Positions 8,263 to 17,278 are shown, numbered from the stretch's first letter. The stretch: DNA of 34,897 nucleotides from an uncultured Rikenellaceae bacterium (GCA_964557905.1 CAZLCF010000001.1:1-34897); one strand, 5' to 3'. The notes: generated by a model from the letters alone, not told the origin. Made by a program: numbers and translations.

Positions 8263-10011
8263 TCAGGGAGTAACAGCTTTGGTCTGATAAAAAAAGAAAT
8301 CTCCTGTCAGTGAGGTGGATTCCCATGGGACCTGTTGCTTTTCTGATGCCCGTGATACTATGCTCCTGACATTCTGAAACATCTGCAGAATTGTAATATC
8401 AGGGATCTTTATGCTTTCGAGGATAGCCGATGTATAAAGGCCGTTTTCCCCGCTGCCATCCGACGCGGTGCTTCCGGGAGCAGTTGCATAGGCTATCAGC
8501 GTACCTGATGGTGCATTCATATATGCAAGTCCTCTTCCCGATGCCGCCCTTGTCCAGCTTCTTTCAAAAGGATTATTCCTGCAGGCGTCCAGAATTATTA
8601 TATTGACATCTGTTCCGGAAGCTTCCATGAGGCCAAGCACCCTGTCGGCCTGTACGCAATCATATTCTACCTGCTCTTCCGATCTGAGGCTTGCATCAAC
8701 GGGAATAAGGTAATTATATCCCTTTGCCTGAATTCCGTGGCCGGCATAGAAAAACAAACCCACATCATAACTTTTCAGCTTCTCTCCGAATTCGTCCATT
8801 ACCTGTTTCATCTGGCTCTGGTTCAGGTTTTCATATTTTAAAACATCAAAGCCATATTGCTCCAGTGCAATCTTTATCTCCCTTGCGTCATTTTCGGGAT
8901 TTGCCAGCACCGATGCCTGGTAATTGCCATTCCCGATTACCAGGGCAAGTCTTTTCTGAGATGATATCCCGGTTTGAGGAACTGATGCAGCTGGTTTTGA
9001 AGGTGCAGCAACCTTGCTGTCTGTCTTTCCGGAAACTGCAAGAGTTACCGGTGCATCAAATGCCCATAATTTAGTATCCTCTCCCCCTTTTGCCAGTACT
9101 TCATTTAACGAACCTGATGCCAGGCTCGATCCGTCAGGGGCAAATTCCACTGAGGCAACAGCCAGGTTGTGAGCCTCCCATTCTGCAAATAGGGAACATT
9201 CGGGGATGCTCCAGATCCTGATAAATTTATCCTTGCCTCCTGATGCCAGGTAATAGCCGGAAGGATGGAAAGAAATTGCAGTGAGTCCCTCCGGATGCGC
9301 CTGCCATGTATTGACAGATTCCATTGACGGGTATGTACCAAGCCAGACCTTTCCGTTTAACGAAGCACCGGCCACCTGGGATCCATCAGGTGAGAATTCA
9401 ATGGATCTTATGTCTGCAACCGGTATATTAATAAGACTCAGATTATAAGTCTTAAGATCAAATACAATAATTACACTCTCCCTGGTTCCAATCAGAACTT
9501 TATCTCCGGAAGGAGCTGCAGCAACAGTTAAAGGTGTTGATGAAGGTAATTTGTGTTTATAGGTGATCTTATATGTGTTTGAGCTGACAACGACAACCTC
9601 TCCATTCTTCCGGAGATAAATTATGCTGCTCCCGTCCCGGGAATAACATGCGGCATTTTCAACCAGCCGGCTATCCTTTATTCCTTTTTTCCTGGTCCTG
9701 CTTACTAGATCCCAGATCTCAAGCCGGCTTATCTTGGTAAGAAGCAGGCTTTTGTTATCAGGACCTATATCCACATCATATGCATAATCATCTAAAGTCT
9801 CAGTATCTTTCTTCACTGTCCTGAAATTCACCTGACCGCTTGACAGATCGAAAGATTTTGCAAAGCCTCCGATTATCATATACCTCCCGTCAGATGTAAA
9901 GGATATTGCAGAAGTCGTTATGTGATTATTGCCAAAATCCCGCAGGAGCTTCTGGGCATTCAACTGATTAATACTAACCGATATAAGGAGAAGAGTCAGT
10001 AATTTTTTCAT
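8263..10011 (-). CDS. Secreted WD40 beta-propeller fused to a caspase-like peptidase C14 domain
   Basis: 582 aa with the signal peptide MKKLLTLLLISVSINQLNAQ. WD40 repeats are present (for example ASGGKDKFIRIWS and EGLTAISFHPSG), followed by a Pro/Ser/Ala linker. The C-terminal caspase fold has the His-Cys dyad motifs FFYAGHG and IIILDACRNNP. Confidence 0.8.
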   Translation of the reverse strand: MKKLLTLLLISVSINQLNAQKLLRDFGNNHITTSAISFTSDGRYMIIGGFAKSFDLSSGQVNFRTVKKDTETLDDYAYDVDIGPDNKSLLLTKISRLEIWDLVSRTRKKGIKDSRLVENAACYSRDGSSIIYLRKNGEVVVVSSNTYKITYKHKLPSSTPLTVAAAPSGDKVLIGTRESVIIVFDLKTYNLSLINIPVADIRSIEFSPDGSQVAGASLNGKVWLGTYPSMESVNTWQAHPEGLTAISFHPSGYYLASGGKDKFIRIWSIPECSLFAEWEAHNLAVASVEFAPDGSSLASGSLNEVLAKGGEDTKLWAFDAPVTLAVSGKTDSKVAAPSKPAASVPQTGISSQKRLALVIGNGNYQASVLANPENDAREIKIALEQYGFDVLKYENLNQSQMKQVMDEFGEKLKSYDVGLFFYAGHGIQAKGYNYLIPVDASLRSEEQVEYDCVQADRVLGLMEASGTDVNIIILDACRNNPFERSWTRAASGRGLAYMNAPSGTLIAYATAPGSTASDGSGENGLYTSAILESIKIPDITILQMFQNVRSIVSRASEKQQVPWESTSLTGDFFFYQTKAVTP

Positions 10012-10034
10012 TCCTGTTTTTCTGTAGATGAAAA

Positions 10035-10065
10035 CAAATTTACACCTAAATATTTACAAGTCAAA
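10035..10065 (-). promoter_or_regulatory. Bacteroidota-type promoter for the WD40-caspase gene
   Basis: The minus strand reads TTTG (10065-10062), a 19-nt spacer, then TAAATTTG (10042-10035). This matches the -33 TTTG / -7 TAnnTTTG consensus exactly. The -7 box ends 23 nt upstream of the ATG. Confidence 0.5.
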
Positions 10066-10126
10066 TAAACAATTTTGCTTTAAAAGAGTGGAATTCTTAA
10101 TTTAGCTTTTCTTAAATCATTCCGAC

Positions 10127-10612
10127 ATGAAAAAAATACTTTTCACCATCCTGATGCTCCTTTTTGCAATAAGCTATTCTACCGGGCAGTCATTTGACTG
10201 GAATATAAGGGGGGGCATAAATATCATGGATTCAAAGACTTCCGGGAAAGATGTTTCAGTGTTGTATCATGCCGGGACGGAGGCAGGTGTGAGAATAGCC
10301 AACTTTGGGTTTTACGGAGAGGCTTTATACTCGGTTCATGAGAACCAGTATGGAGGAGATCCTGTTGCATATTTCGTTCCGGCGATTGTTATGAAAGGAT
10401 ATATGCGGAAAATCTCGTTTGTCGAAATGGGTGGCGCTTTAGCATTAAAGATGGGCGATTCCGGCGTTACTGATGACACCAAGAATCCTGAAAGTATGGT
10501 TTACCTTTTTGCAGGGCTTGGTCTCCATATTTCAAAATTCGATCTCTCATTCCGTGCAAATCTTAAGCAATCATACGCAATTATGCAAGTGACTGCGGCA
10601 GTGAAATTCTGA
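10127..10612 (+). CDS. Small outer-membrane beta-barrel protein
   Basis: 161 aa with the signal peptide MKKILFTILMLLFAISYSTGQ, alternating strand pattern, and a C-terminal ...TAAVKF. Confidence 0.6.
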   Translation: MKKILFTILMLLFAISYSTGQSFDWNIRGGINIMDSKTSGKDVSVLYHAGTEAGVRIANFGFYGEALYSVHENQYGGDPVAYFVPAIVMKGYMRKISFVEMGGALALKMGDSGVTDDTKNPESMVYLFAGLGLHISKFDLSFRANLKQSYAIMQVTAAVKF

Positions 10613-10709
10613 GAAATAGAATTACTCCCCGTCATCACTGCCAACAGGAACGCAGAGAATTGTATCTCTGAACAGATTGTTAATTTCGATTTAAAATCGG
10701 CAGAAAATA

Positions 10710-10994
10710 TCAGATACCTGCAACCATTTTATCAAAATCCTTAACCGCGACAGCTTCGGATGTTGTAAAAGATATACCCGTTAATTTGCCTATCGCCAGG
10801 GAAGATTTCAATGCCTGTTCCGTGCCCGGGAACGAGGCGATGATTACCAGGTCTTTTTCGCCAAGCAATGCATAAACCGAAATGACTTTCCCTTTGAATT
10901 TCTTAATAAGCTGGTTGGCCTTTTCAGTCCGGCTAGCGCTGATGCCTTTTTTAGCTTCAGCTGTGTATTTCCCAAATAAAAAATAAGTTGCCAT
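10710..10994 (-). CDS. GYD domain-containing protein
   Basis: 94 aa. The N-terminal MATYFLFGKYTAEAKKGIS and the overall beta-alpha-beta layout match my memory of the GYD family. It is preceded by a strong AGGAGG. Confidence 0.6.
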   Translation of the reverse strand: MATYFLFGKYTAEAKKGISASRTEKANQLIKKFKGKVISVYALLGEKDLVIIASFPGTEQALKSSLAIGKLTGISFTTSEAVAVKDFDKMVAGI

Positions 10995-10999
10995 TTCCC

Positions 11000-11005
11000 C
11001 CTCCT
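11000..11005 (-). promoter_or_regulatory. Canonical Shine-Dalgarno (AGGAGG) 5 nt upstream of the GYD gene's ATG
   Basis: The minus strand reads GAAGGAGGGGGAA-ATG. I saw no comparable SD upstream of the other gene starts I examined by eye in the window. Confidence 0.6.
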
Positions 11006-11211
11006 TCTGTTAAAAATGTAATTAATGTTAATAGAAAATCTCTGAATTTTGTTTAAAGATACTAAATAAATAACTGAAAGTCAACAGGTATTAAACGCAA
11101 TCTTTCATGAAACAACCGGATAATTTAAAATATTATAATTCACTGCTCTTGCCGGATTTGTTTTTTTAGTATATTACTATATGAAAAATGACAGATTGAA
11201 CCGATCAATCT

Positions 11212-11712
11212 ATGATTAAGAAAATTCCTTTAGCCTTTTCATTCCTGATATTCCTGCATTATTCGTGTAACGCTCAATTCTCATTTAAGGTGCAGACCGG
11301 GATCAGCTATATTGAACACTTTTCAACAGGAATAACTTTTAGCCTTTCAGAAAAGCATAATTTGTCTTTGCTATACGGCTCAAATTTCTTCATGAAACCA
11401 CAGGAATTTTCAACAATCATGCTGCAGTATGATTTCCTGTTCAATAAAATAGATTTTGCAGGAATAAATCCACGGATAGGTATTAAGGCGGGATATTCAA
11501 TTTATACTAACAATTATTATCGGTGGACCCTGACCGCCTTTGTACCATTCATCGGGCTCAAATATGAGCTAAATAAAACAATTGACATTGCCCTGGATCT
11601 GGGAACGGCCATATCAATTGAACACTCAGTAAAAAGGATCAGTTACGGAGAATTCGGGATGTATAAGGAATATCTTCCTGAAATTAAATTAGGAATGATT
11701 TTTAATCTGTAA
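11212..11712 (+). CDS. Hypothetical exported protein, probably a small beta-barrel
   Basis: 166 aa with the signal peptide MIKKIPLAFSFLIFLHYSCNAQ and alternating hydrophobic/aromatic strands. The family is not recognised. Confidence 0.45.
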   Translation: MIKKIPLAFSFLIFLHYSCNAQFSFKVQTGISYIEHFSTGITFSLSEKHNLSLLYGSNFFMKPQEFSTIMLQYDFLFNKIDFAGINPRIGIKAGYSIYTNNYYRWTLTAFVPFIGLKYELNKTIDIALDLGTAISIEHSVKRISYGEFGMYKEYLPEIKLGMIFNL

Positions 11713-11719
11713 AATAACT

Positions 11720-12556
11720 GTGAACAGGGCTAAGATACATATACTGATTATTCTGATTGTCGCTTATACTTCCTGCAGCAGGGTGGAGTATTATCCTGAT
11801 AAACAAAGTGTATATGATAAGACATATATGTTAGCTCATAAAGGAGCAGGAGATTCTGATGAGGGGAACACCATTGAAGGCTGTATGCTCGGATTTAATC
11901 TCTTTGACGGCATAGAATGCGACATTCAGACAAGCTCAGAGAATACGTTATGGCTGAGTCATTCCCCGTATTTGCCATCATGCGGCTCTTCCGAAGAAGA
12001 ATGTTTTGTTTTACTGTCTGACCAGACGATAATTGAAATCGATTCCTGCCTGGGAAGGGAGAAAAACTTTACAAAGCTGGAGACAGTATTTCAGTATATG
12101 AGCAATAATTATCCCGGCAAATTTATTTCTCTTGACGTAAAAGCCTGGACCCCATGCGGGATTTCAGGCATCAATCTGATAAGGACGATGAATTTGTTTG
12201 GTCAGGCAATAATTGACCTGACTTTAAAATATCACCTCGAAAACAGGGTAATGGTCGAGTCAGAAAACGGGGATTTTCTTTATTATATTAAAATGAACAC
12301 TGATTGCATTGAAACATATCTGACCTCTTTCGGAGATTTCGAACTTGGCGTTTCAAGGGTGTTGGATGCAGGATTCTCCGGCATTTCCTTTGCCTTCAGG
12401 GTAAAGGAGGAAATAACAAAAGAACAGATTGATCTGATTCACCGGAAAGGTCTTAAAATACAGCTCTGGACCGTTAATGATACAAGTGATATAAAGGAAG
12501 CCATATCAATGAATCCCGATTATATTCAAACAGATAACCTTGAGTACATAAGGTGA
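11720..12556 (+). CDS. Glycerophosphodiester phosphodiesterase (GDPD) family lipoprotein
   Basis: 278 aa with a GTG start 7 nt after the previous stop and a lipobox (AYTSC). GDPD-like motifs are present: AHKGAG...NTIEG, ECDIQ and LQLWTVND. Confidence 0.55.
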   Translation: MNRAKIHILIILIVAYTSCSRVEYYPDKQSVYDKTYMLAHKGAGDSDEGNTIEGCMLGFNLFDGIECDIQTSSENTLWLSHSPYLPSCGSSEEECFVLLSDQTIIEIDSCLGREKNFTKLETVFQYMSNNYPGKFISLDVKAWTPCGISGINLIRTMNLFGQAIIDLTLKYHLENRVMVESENGDFLYYIKMNTDCIETYLTSFGDFELGVSRVLDAGFSGISFAFRVKEEITKEQIDLIHRKGLKIQLWTVNDTSDIKEAISMNPDYIQTDNLEYIR

Positions 12557-12586
12557 CGCCCGCTGATATCGTATTTTCAGAACAGG

Positions 12587-13177
12587 TTAAACGGCGGCCA
12601 GCAATTCTCTCCCGAATTCCATGCACTCAGGTCTTTTCAGGTTGTCGTAATCCTTCATGCCTGGATATTGCTGCATCTGCTTGCGGACATCCGGCTCCAT
12701 CAGGCCAAAGGTGATCCTGCCCAGGAAAACCTTTGACGGCACGTTGCTTACTCCGCAGATCTTTGCCAGGTGATTGTCAATGAAGGCTGTTTTCTGCTCG
12801 GGTCCGACAGGCTGCATCATATTGCCGCAAACAGCGAAATAACCCCTGATCCTGCTTGTAAGCATCTCCTTGTTTTTCTCAAGGTACTCCTGCAGCAATT
12901 GTGAAGTTACCCCGGCACGTATGGCTCCCCCTATCACAATATGGTCATATCCTGAAAGATCGGGATTTTCCCGTACATCGAATACATTGGCAATGCCATC
13001 CATCCCCTCTGATATCCACAGCCCTGCATCACGTGTTGAACCGCACCATGTAGCATACAATATGGCCCATTTCTTATCAGAAGGCATGGGGTAATATTCG
13101 AGGGAGAAAGCTTTTTTCGGAAGGAAAAAAGCGCTCAAACCAAGTAATCCCGTTTTAAAAAAGGTTCTCTTATTCAT
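12587..13177 (-). CDS. Flavodoxin-like domain protein with an N-terminal export signal
   Basis: ORF 12587-13288. The ATG at 13175-13177 gives MNKRTFFKTGLLGLSAFFLPKKAFS and removes the overlap with the upstream gene. The body has a flavodoxin-like pattern (WAILYATWCGSTRDAG, HIVIGGAIRAG). Confidence 0.5.
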   Translation of the reverse strand: MNKRTFFKTGLLGLSAFFLPKKAFSLEYYPMPSDKKWAILYATWCGSTRDAGLWISEGMDGIANVFDVRENPDLSGYDHIVIGGAIRAGVTSQLLQEYLEKNKEMLTSRIRGYFAVCGNMMQPVGPEQKTAFIDNHLAKICGVSNVPSKVFLGRITFGLMEPDVRKQMQQYPGMKDYDNLKRPECMEFGRELLAAV

Positions 13178-13238
13178 TTTATTAATGTTTATTATACAAA
13201 TATACTCACCAGAATGCAGATGGCAAAGAGAATGATGT

Positions 13239-14000
13239 TTACTTATTGTCCAGCAGTTTGCTGAGATCGGGTATTGTTTTATTAACAATATTCTTTATCT
13301 CAGTTGCTCCAAGTTCCTGGTTATAATTAGCAATATACCCCATATCAGATGAATTAATTTTGCCGGTTTTCAGATCGAGCTCCATAACCCTGAACGGATC
13401 AGAGCAGAAAAGAAATATCAGATCATCATTCCCCCAGCTTATAAAAACCGGTTCTATATCGAGAGGAAATCTGATTGCCGGGCTTTTAACTCTGTAATCT
13501 TCTACGGACAGTATTTTATTACTGAAGTATGCTATCTGTGAACCTGATTTAGAAAGTGCCGGCAGAGATTCTTCAGCGGAGTACTTCAGAATCCGGCCTG
13601 AATTAAGATTAAACAGATATATCCCGTTTACTGAATCGGGCAGATTGATGTTGACTATGCCAATGGCAATTTCAGATCCGTTCTTTTCAAGCCGTGTTTT
13701 ATACCTTACCGGCCAGCCATACACATCTCCAAGCCTGGCTGCCAGGACAGTTAATTTGCTAATGCTGTCCGTTTTAAAAAGACCAAAAATCTGCCTGATC
13801 TCTTTTGTCTGCCCTCCGTCAGGGAATCGGCTGATCCCTTTCGGATTGCGGTATTCTCTCACCTGTGCCAGGTAATAGCACGAGGAGCCTGCCATTACTC
13901 CTCCGGATGATTTCTCAAATGAATAAACAAGTTCCCTGTGATAACATGAACTCAGCATTAAAATGTTTGTCATTATCAGAATTCCGATTTTGCTTTTCAT
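13239..14000 (-). CDS. Hypothetical lipoprotein
   Basis: 253 aa with a signal peptide and lipobox (ILMLSSC). No family recognised. Confidence 0.5.
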   Translation of the reverse strand: MKSKIGILIMTNILMLSSCYHRELVYSFEKSSGGVMAGSSCYYLAQVREYRNPKGISRFPDGGQTKEIRQIFGLFKTDSISKLTVLAARLGDVYGWPVRYKTRLEKNGSEIAIGIVNINLPDSVNGIYLFNLNSGRILKYSAEESLPALSKSGSQIAYFSNKILSVEDYRVKSPAIRFPLDIEPVFISWGNDDLIFLFCSDPFRVMELDLKTGKINSSDMGYIANYNQELGATEIKNIVNKTIPDLSKLLDNK

Positions 14001-14173
14001 TTCTTAACCTCACTGATCATTAGATTCTTTCTTTTTAACTGATTAAGCATAAATTTACTATATTGTTTTATAATTTCTTTGTAAATTGATGTCAATTTCA
14101 AGGAACCCTATCCGGTATGACAGATCTTTCCGATTCACAACAATATTTAAATAACAATAATAAAATCGAGGCT

Positions 14174-14908
14174 ATGAAAAATCATGTAATTTCTTTTCTT
14201 TCAGCAATTGTACTAATATTTATTCTTTCAGCCTGCTCTCAGAAAAAACCATCAATCTCTGAAGATTTTCTTTCTGGCGACTGGTATGCTGTTAAAGGTG
14301 ATGTGGAATCTTACAGCTTCATGAAAGATGACAGCAGTAAAGCTTTTACAAGTTATCTGCATTCAAGACCTTTCATGTATGGAACATGGAAAATTGAAGG
14401 ACAGACCCTCATAATAATTGCAGAAGATGGAACAACCAATGAATATGGATTAACGGTCAAGTCAGATACTATTCTGTTTAACGACGGGGAACAGATTTAT
14501 ACAAAAACCATTCCTTTTGAAGTGCTGCATCCTGAAATCGCAATCCTGAATGAGATATCATCAAAACTTAATATTCCTTTTGTTTCCACTCCTCAACCTG
14601 TTGATTTTTCATGGCAAAAACCAGCTCTTGACTCTATATCGTACCTGGAAATTAAACTTAAAGGTTATGAAACCGGTTTGAATTGCTCCAATAAGCCTGA
14701 AGACAGAATCAGAATAGTCGATTACCTTCAAAATAATGGTTTTGAGCTGGATACCACATATCGTGCGATAACGGAAATAACCGAAATAACAGGTTACTGG
14801 ATGGATGATCAGCTCGTGACACTTTCTGATATATACTCAGAGACCGAAGAAGGAGAAATTGATCCTTCTGTCCTCTGGATACGCAGCCTGAAGGTTATTG
14901 AAGAATAA
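14174..14908 (+). CDS. Hypothetical lipoprotein (possibly a lipocalin-like N-terminal domain)
   Basis: ORF 14117-14908. The internal ATG at 14174 gives MKNHVISFLSAIVLIFILSAC (signal plus lipobox). The GTWKIEGQTLII pattern is reminiscent of lipocalin-like domains. Confidence 0.45.
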   Translation: MKNHVISFLSAIVLIFILSACSQKKPSISEDFLSGDWYAVKGDVESYSFMKDDSSKAFTSYLHSRPFMYGTWKIEGQTLIIIAEDGTTNEYGLTVKSDTILFNDGEQIYTKTIPFEVLHPEIAILNEISSKLNIPFVSTPQPVDFSWQKPALDSISYLEIKLKGYETGLNCSNKPEDRIRIVDYLQNNGFELDTTYRAITEITEITGYWMDDQLVTLSDIYSETEEGEIDPSVLWIRSLKVIEE

Positions 14909-14960
14909 TATAAATTGATATAAGAAAGTCCCGAAAATTTAAAAAGCCAGGAGACCATTT

Positions 14961-16409
14961 ATGAAAAGGATTGTAGTTTATATTTTCACATTGCTGTTTC
15001 TGTCAAATTCATGCGTTAATAAAAGTGAAGTGACTATAACCAGGGTGTATGAAGGTGACAACGGCAGAGCGGTTTATTTTGATACAAAAGAGAAGGCAGG
15101 AAATTTGCTTATTTCCAATAGCCAGTTTATTTACGGAATATTGGATAAAACAGAAAATAATGCCTGGATAATTGTTGAACAGGCACCTTTTTCTGCCGGT
15201 CCTGGCAGAGTTGCAACAGAGCTTCAGCTTTATAACATACCTGAATCAAAGCAAATCATTCTTGAAGACATTGATCCTTCTTATTCGTTATACGGAAGCA
15301 CATTTGAGAAAAAAGACGGGATAGATTGCCTTACGATTACTTTCAGTGATGGAGTTACTGAGATATCAGTTCCGCTTACTGATTTGTTGGAAAAAGCAAA
15401 ATCAGTTGTAACGGAAAACATTGAAATGATAACTGAAACTAAGGAAGGAATACAACAGGGAACAGCTGCCGGAAGTGTATCTGAAACCGGGCTCAAATCT
15501 GTTGTCCTGCTGAAGATTGGAACAGCAGAAGATCAGATCGGTCAGGGTATGGCTGAACAACAGCTTGAAGGCGGAAGATTTAATTATGCTGTACCTTCTT
15601 TTGCCGTTTTTGAAAATCAGATTTTTATAGTCGATGCAATTAATTTCAGAGTGCTCGTTTATGATTATTCGGGAAACTCTGTAAGAATAATAAGTTATCC
15701 CGAAAAATCCGAAGACGGATCGGTGAATGTTATCAGGGACATTTGCGTTGATAAGGGAGTATTATACTTGTCTTCCTTCTATGCCGGTGCTGTTTATGTT
15801 ATAGATTCCGAAACCGAAGATGTTATCGAAATTATTACAGGGTCAGATACAGAAAACAAAAAATTCGAATCAATAGAGCTATTGGCCCTTGATAATGAGA
15901 AAAACCTGCTGATACCAGATACATGGGACAATTCCCTGAATTTTTATCGAAAGGGAGAGGGCGGAATGAAACTGTTAAAAGCAATACCCTATACCGGAAA
16001 AGAACAGCTGGCCTTTGATACCGGCGGTAACAGTTATTCAACAGTGACAAAGGGACAGGAAGTAACAGTTACTGATTCACAGGGCAAAGCTCTTGCCAGT
16101 TTTATGCATAAGTCACCGGCCGGTTCTTCCTGCATAATCGATATAGACGACAATAATATCTTTTATATCCAGACTATTGAATCTGAAACACCTGATGTTC
16201 AGTTTTATACAGCTTCCTGCGTAAAAGTCATTCAACAGGACGGCACTGTTCTGAATGATTACTCCGTACCTGCCTGGCCCAACGGACCAATGACAAAACA
16301 TATTGTTGTGGATGCACAGGGGACTATTTTTGTTGCGACATATGATTTCAAGGGAACTGAATTACCGGATGACCCTCCGACAGGAATCCTTATCAGCAGA
16401 GTCAATTAA
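14961..16409 (+). CDS. Hypothetical lipoprotein with an NHL/beta-propeller-like C-terminal half
   Basis: 482 aa with a signal peptide and lipobox (FLSNSC). The C-terminal half contains repeated motifs such as IFIVDAINFRVLVYDYSGN, VLYLSSFYAGAVYVID and NIFYIQT. Confidence 0.5.
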   Translation: MKRIVVYIFTLLFLSNSCVNKSEVTITRVYEGDNGRAVYFDTKEKAGNLLISNSQFIYGILDKTENNAWIIVEQAPFSAGPGRVATELQLYNIPESKQIILEDIDPSYSLYGSTFEKKDGIDCLTITFSDGVTEISVPLTDLLEKAKSVVTENIEMITETKEGIQQGTAAGSVSETGLKSVVLLKIGTAEDQIGQGMAEQQLEGGRFNYAVPSFAVFENQIFIVDAINFRVLVYDYSGNSVRIISYPEKSEDGSVNVIRDICVDKGVLYLSSFYAGAVYVIDSETEDVIEIITGSDTENKKFESIELLALDNEKNLLIPDTWDNSLNFYRKGEGGMKLLKAIPYTGKEQLAFDTGGNSYSTVTKGQEVTVTDSQGKALASFMHKSPAGSSCIIDIDDNNIFYIQTIESETPDVQFYTASCVKVIQQDGTVLNDYSVPAWPNGPMTKHIVVDAQGTIFVATYDFKGTELPDDPPTGILISRVN

Positions 16410-16500
16410 TAATGAATTCACGGCAGCGTATTCTTAATATTCTTCAAAGAAAGCCTGTGGAAATGATTCAATATATGAGATCTAATTAAAATTATGCCTG

Positions 16501-16535
16501 AATGAAAACAAGGGTGTTTTCATTTCTATATTTCC
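16501..16535 (+). terminator. Possible intrinsic terminator downstream of the lipoprotein gene
   Basis: AATGAAAACA-AGGG-TGTTTTCATT (10-bp perfect stem, 4-nt loop) followed by the T-rich TCTATATTTCC. It lies about 90 nt past the stop codon. Confidence 0.4.
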
Positions 16536-16716
16536 TTACAGGAATTTTATTCATTTTACTGGAAAATCATTCCTCTCCCCGGACCCAGTTTATATTTAAA
16601 GCACAATATCTGATCACGATTGGATATATAAGACAGATCTCCATAAGCACAAATTCCTGAAAGAATTTAAAATATTTCCGGTACCATTTCGTCTATGGTG
16701 GTAAAGATCCTTTAAA

Positions 16717-17277
16717 ATGAGTCCAAAAGAGTCGGAAAAAATCACAGCTGCCTATAATGACGAGCGTAAGCGTCTGCTCGGCTATATCAGGAACAGGATT
16801 TCCGACAGGGTTGAGGCTGAGGATATTCTGCAGGATGTCTTCTACCAGTTAACCATTGGATTCAGTGATTTAAGGAAGATTGAAAACCTGACAGCATGGC
16901 TCTATAAGGTTGCAGACAACCGTATCACAGATCTTTTCCGCAAGAAAAGACCGTTAACCCTTGGCTATAAGGATAACGCATCCGAAGGGGAAGAAGGTCC
17001 CCTGACACTGGAGGAAATATTGCCGTCGGTCGGAACAACTCCTGAAGATGAAGAGCTTAAGGAGTTGATATGGGAAACCATTGAGGAGACGCTGTCGGAA
17101 CTGCCCGAAGAGCAGAGGAGCGTTTTTGTTGAAAACGAGTTTGAGGATAAAAGCTTCAAAGAGATATCTGAAAAAACCGGTGTCGGAGTTAATACCCTTA
17201 TCTCGCGGAAACGTTACGCTGTACTCGCTCTCAGGGAGAATTTGGAAATATTTTATAAACTGTTAAAAAATAATTAA
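16717..17277 (+). CDS. ECF-type RNA polymerase sigma-70 family factor
   Basis: 186 aa with a region 2 motif (AEDILQDVFYQL, WLYKVADNRITDLFRKK) and a region 4 helix-turn-helix (SFKEISEKTGVGVNTLISRKRYA). Confidence 0.8.
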   Translation: MSPKESEKITAAYNDERKRLLGYIRNRISDRVEAEDILQDVFYQLTIGFSDLRKIENLTAWLYKVADNRITDLFRKKRPLTLGYKDNASEGEEGPLTLEEILPSVGTTPEDEELKELIWETIEETLSELPEEQRSVFVENEFEDKSFKEISEKTGVGVNTLISRKRYAVLALRENLEIFYKLLKNN

Positions 17278-17278
17278 T

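Noticed and set aside
16502-16660. A 52-codon ORF (MKTRVFSFLYFLTGILFILLENH...) in the 307-nt spacer upstream of the ECF sigma gene. It could be a small membrane peptide.
   Set aside because: Its ATG and first codons form the 5' arm of the terminator-like hairpin at 16501-16524. It has no recognisable promoter or leader and no family resemblance. Conservation cannot be tested here, so it is not called.
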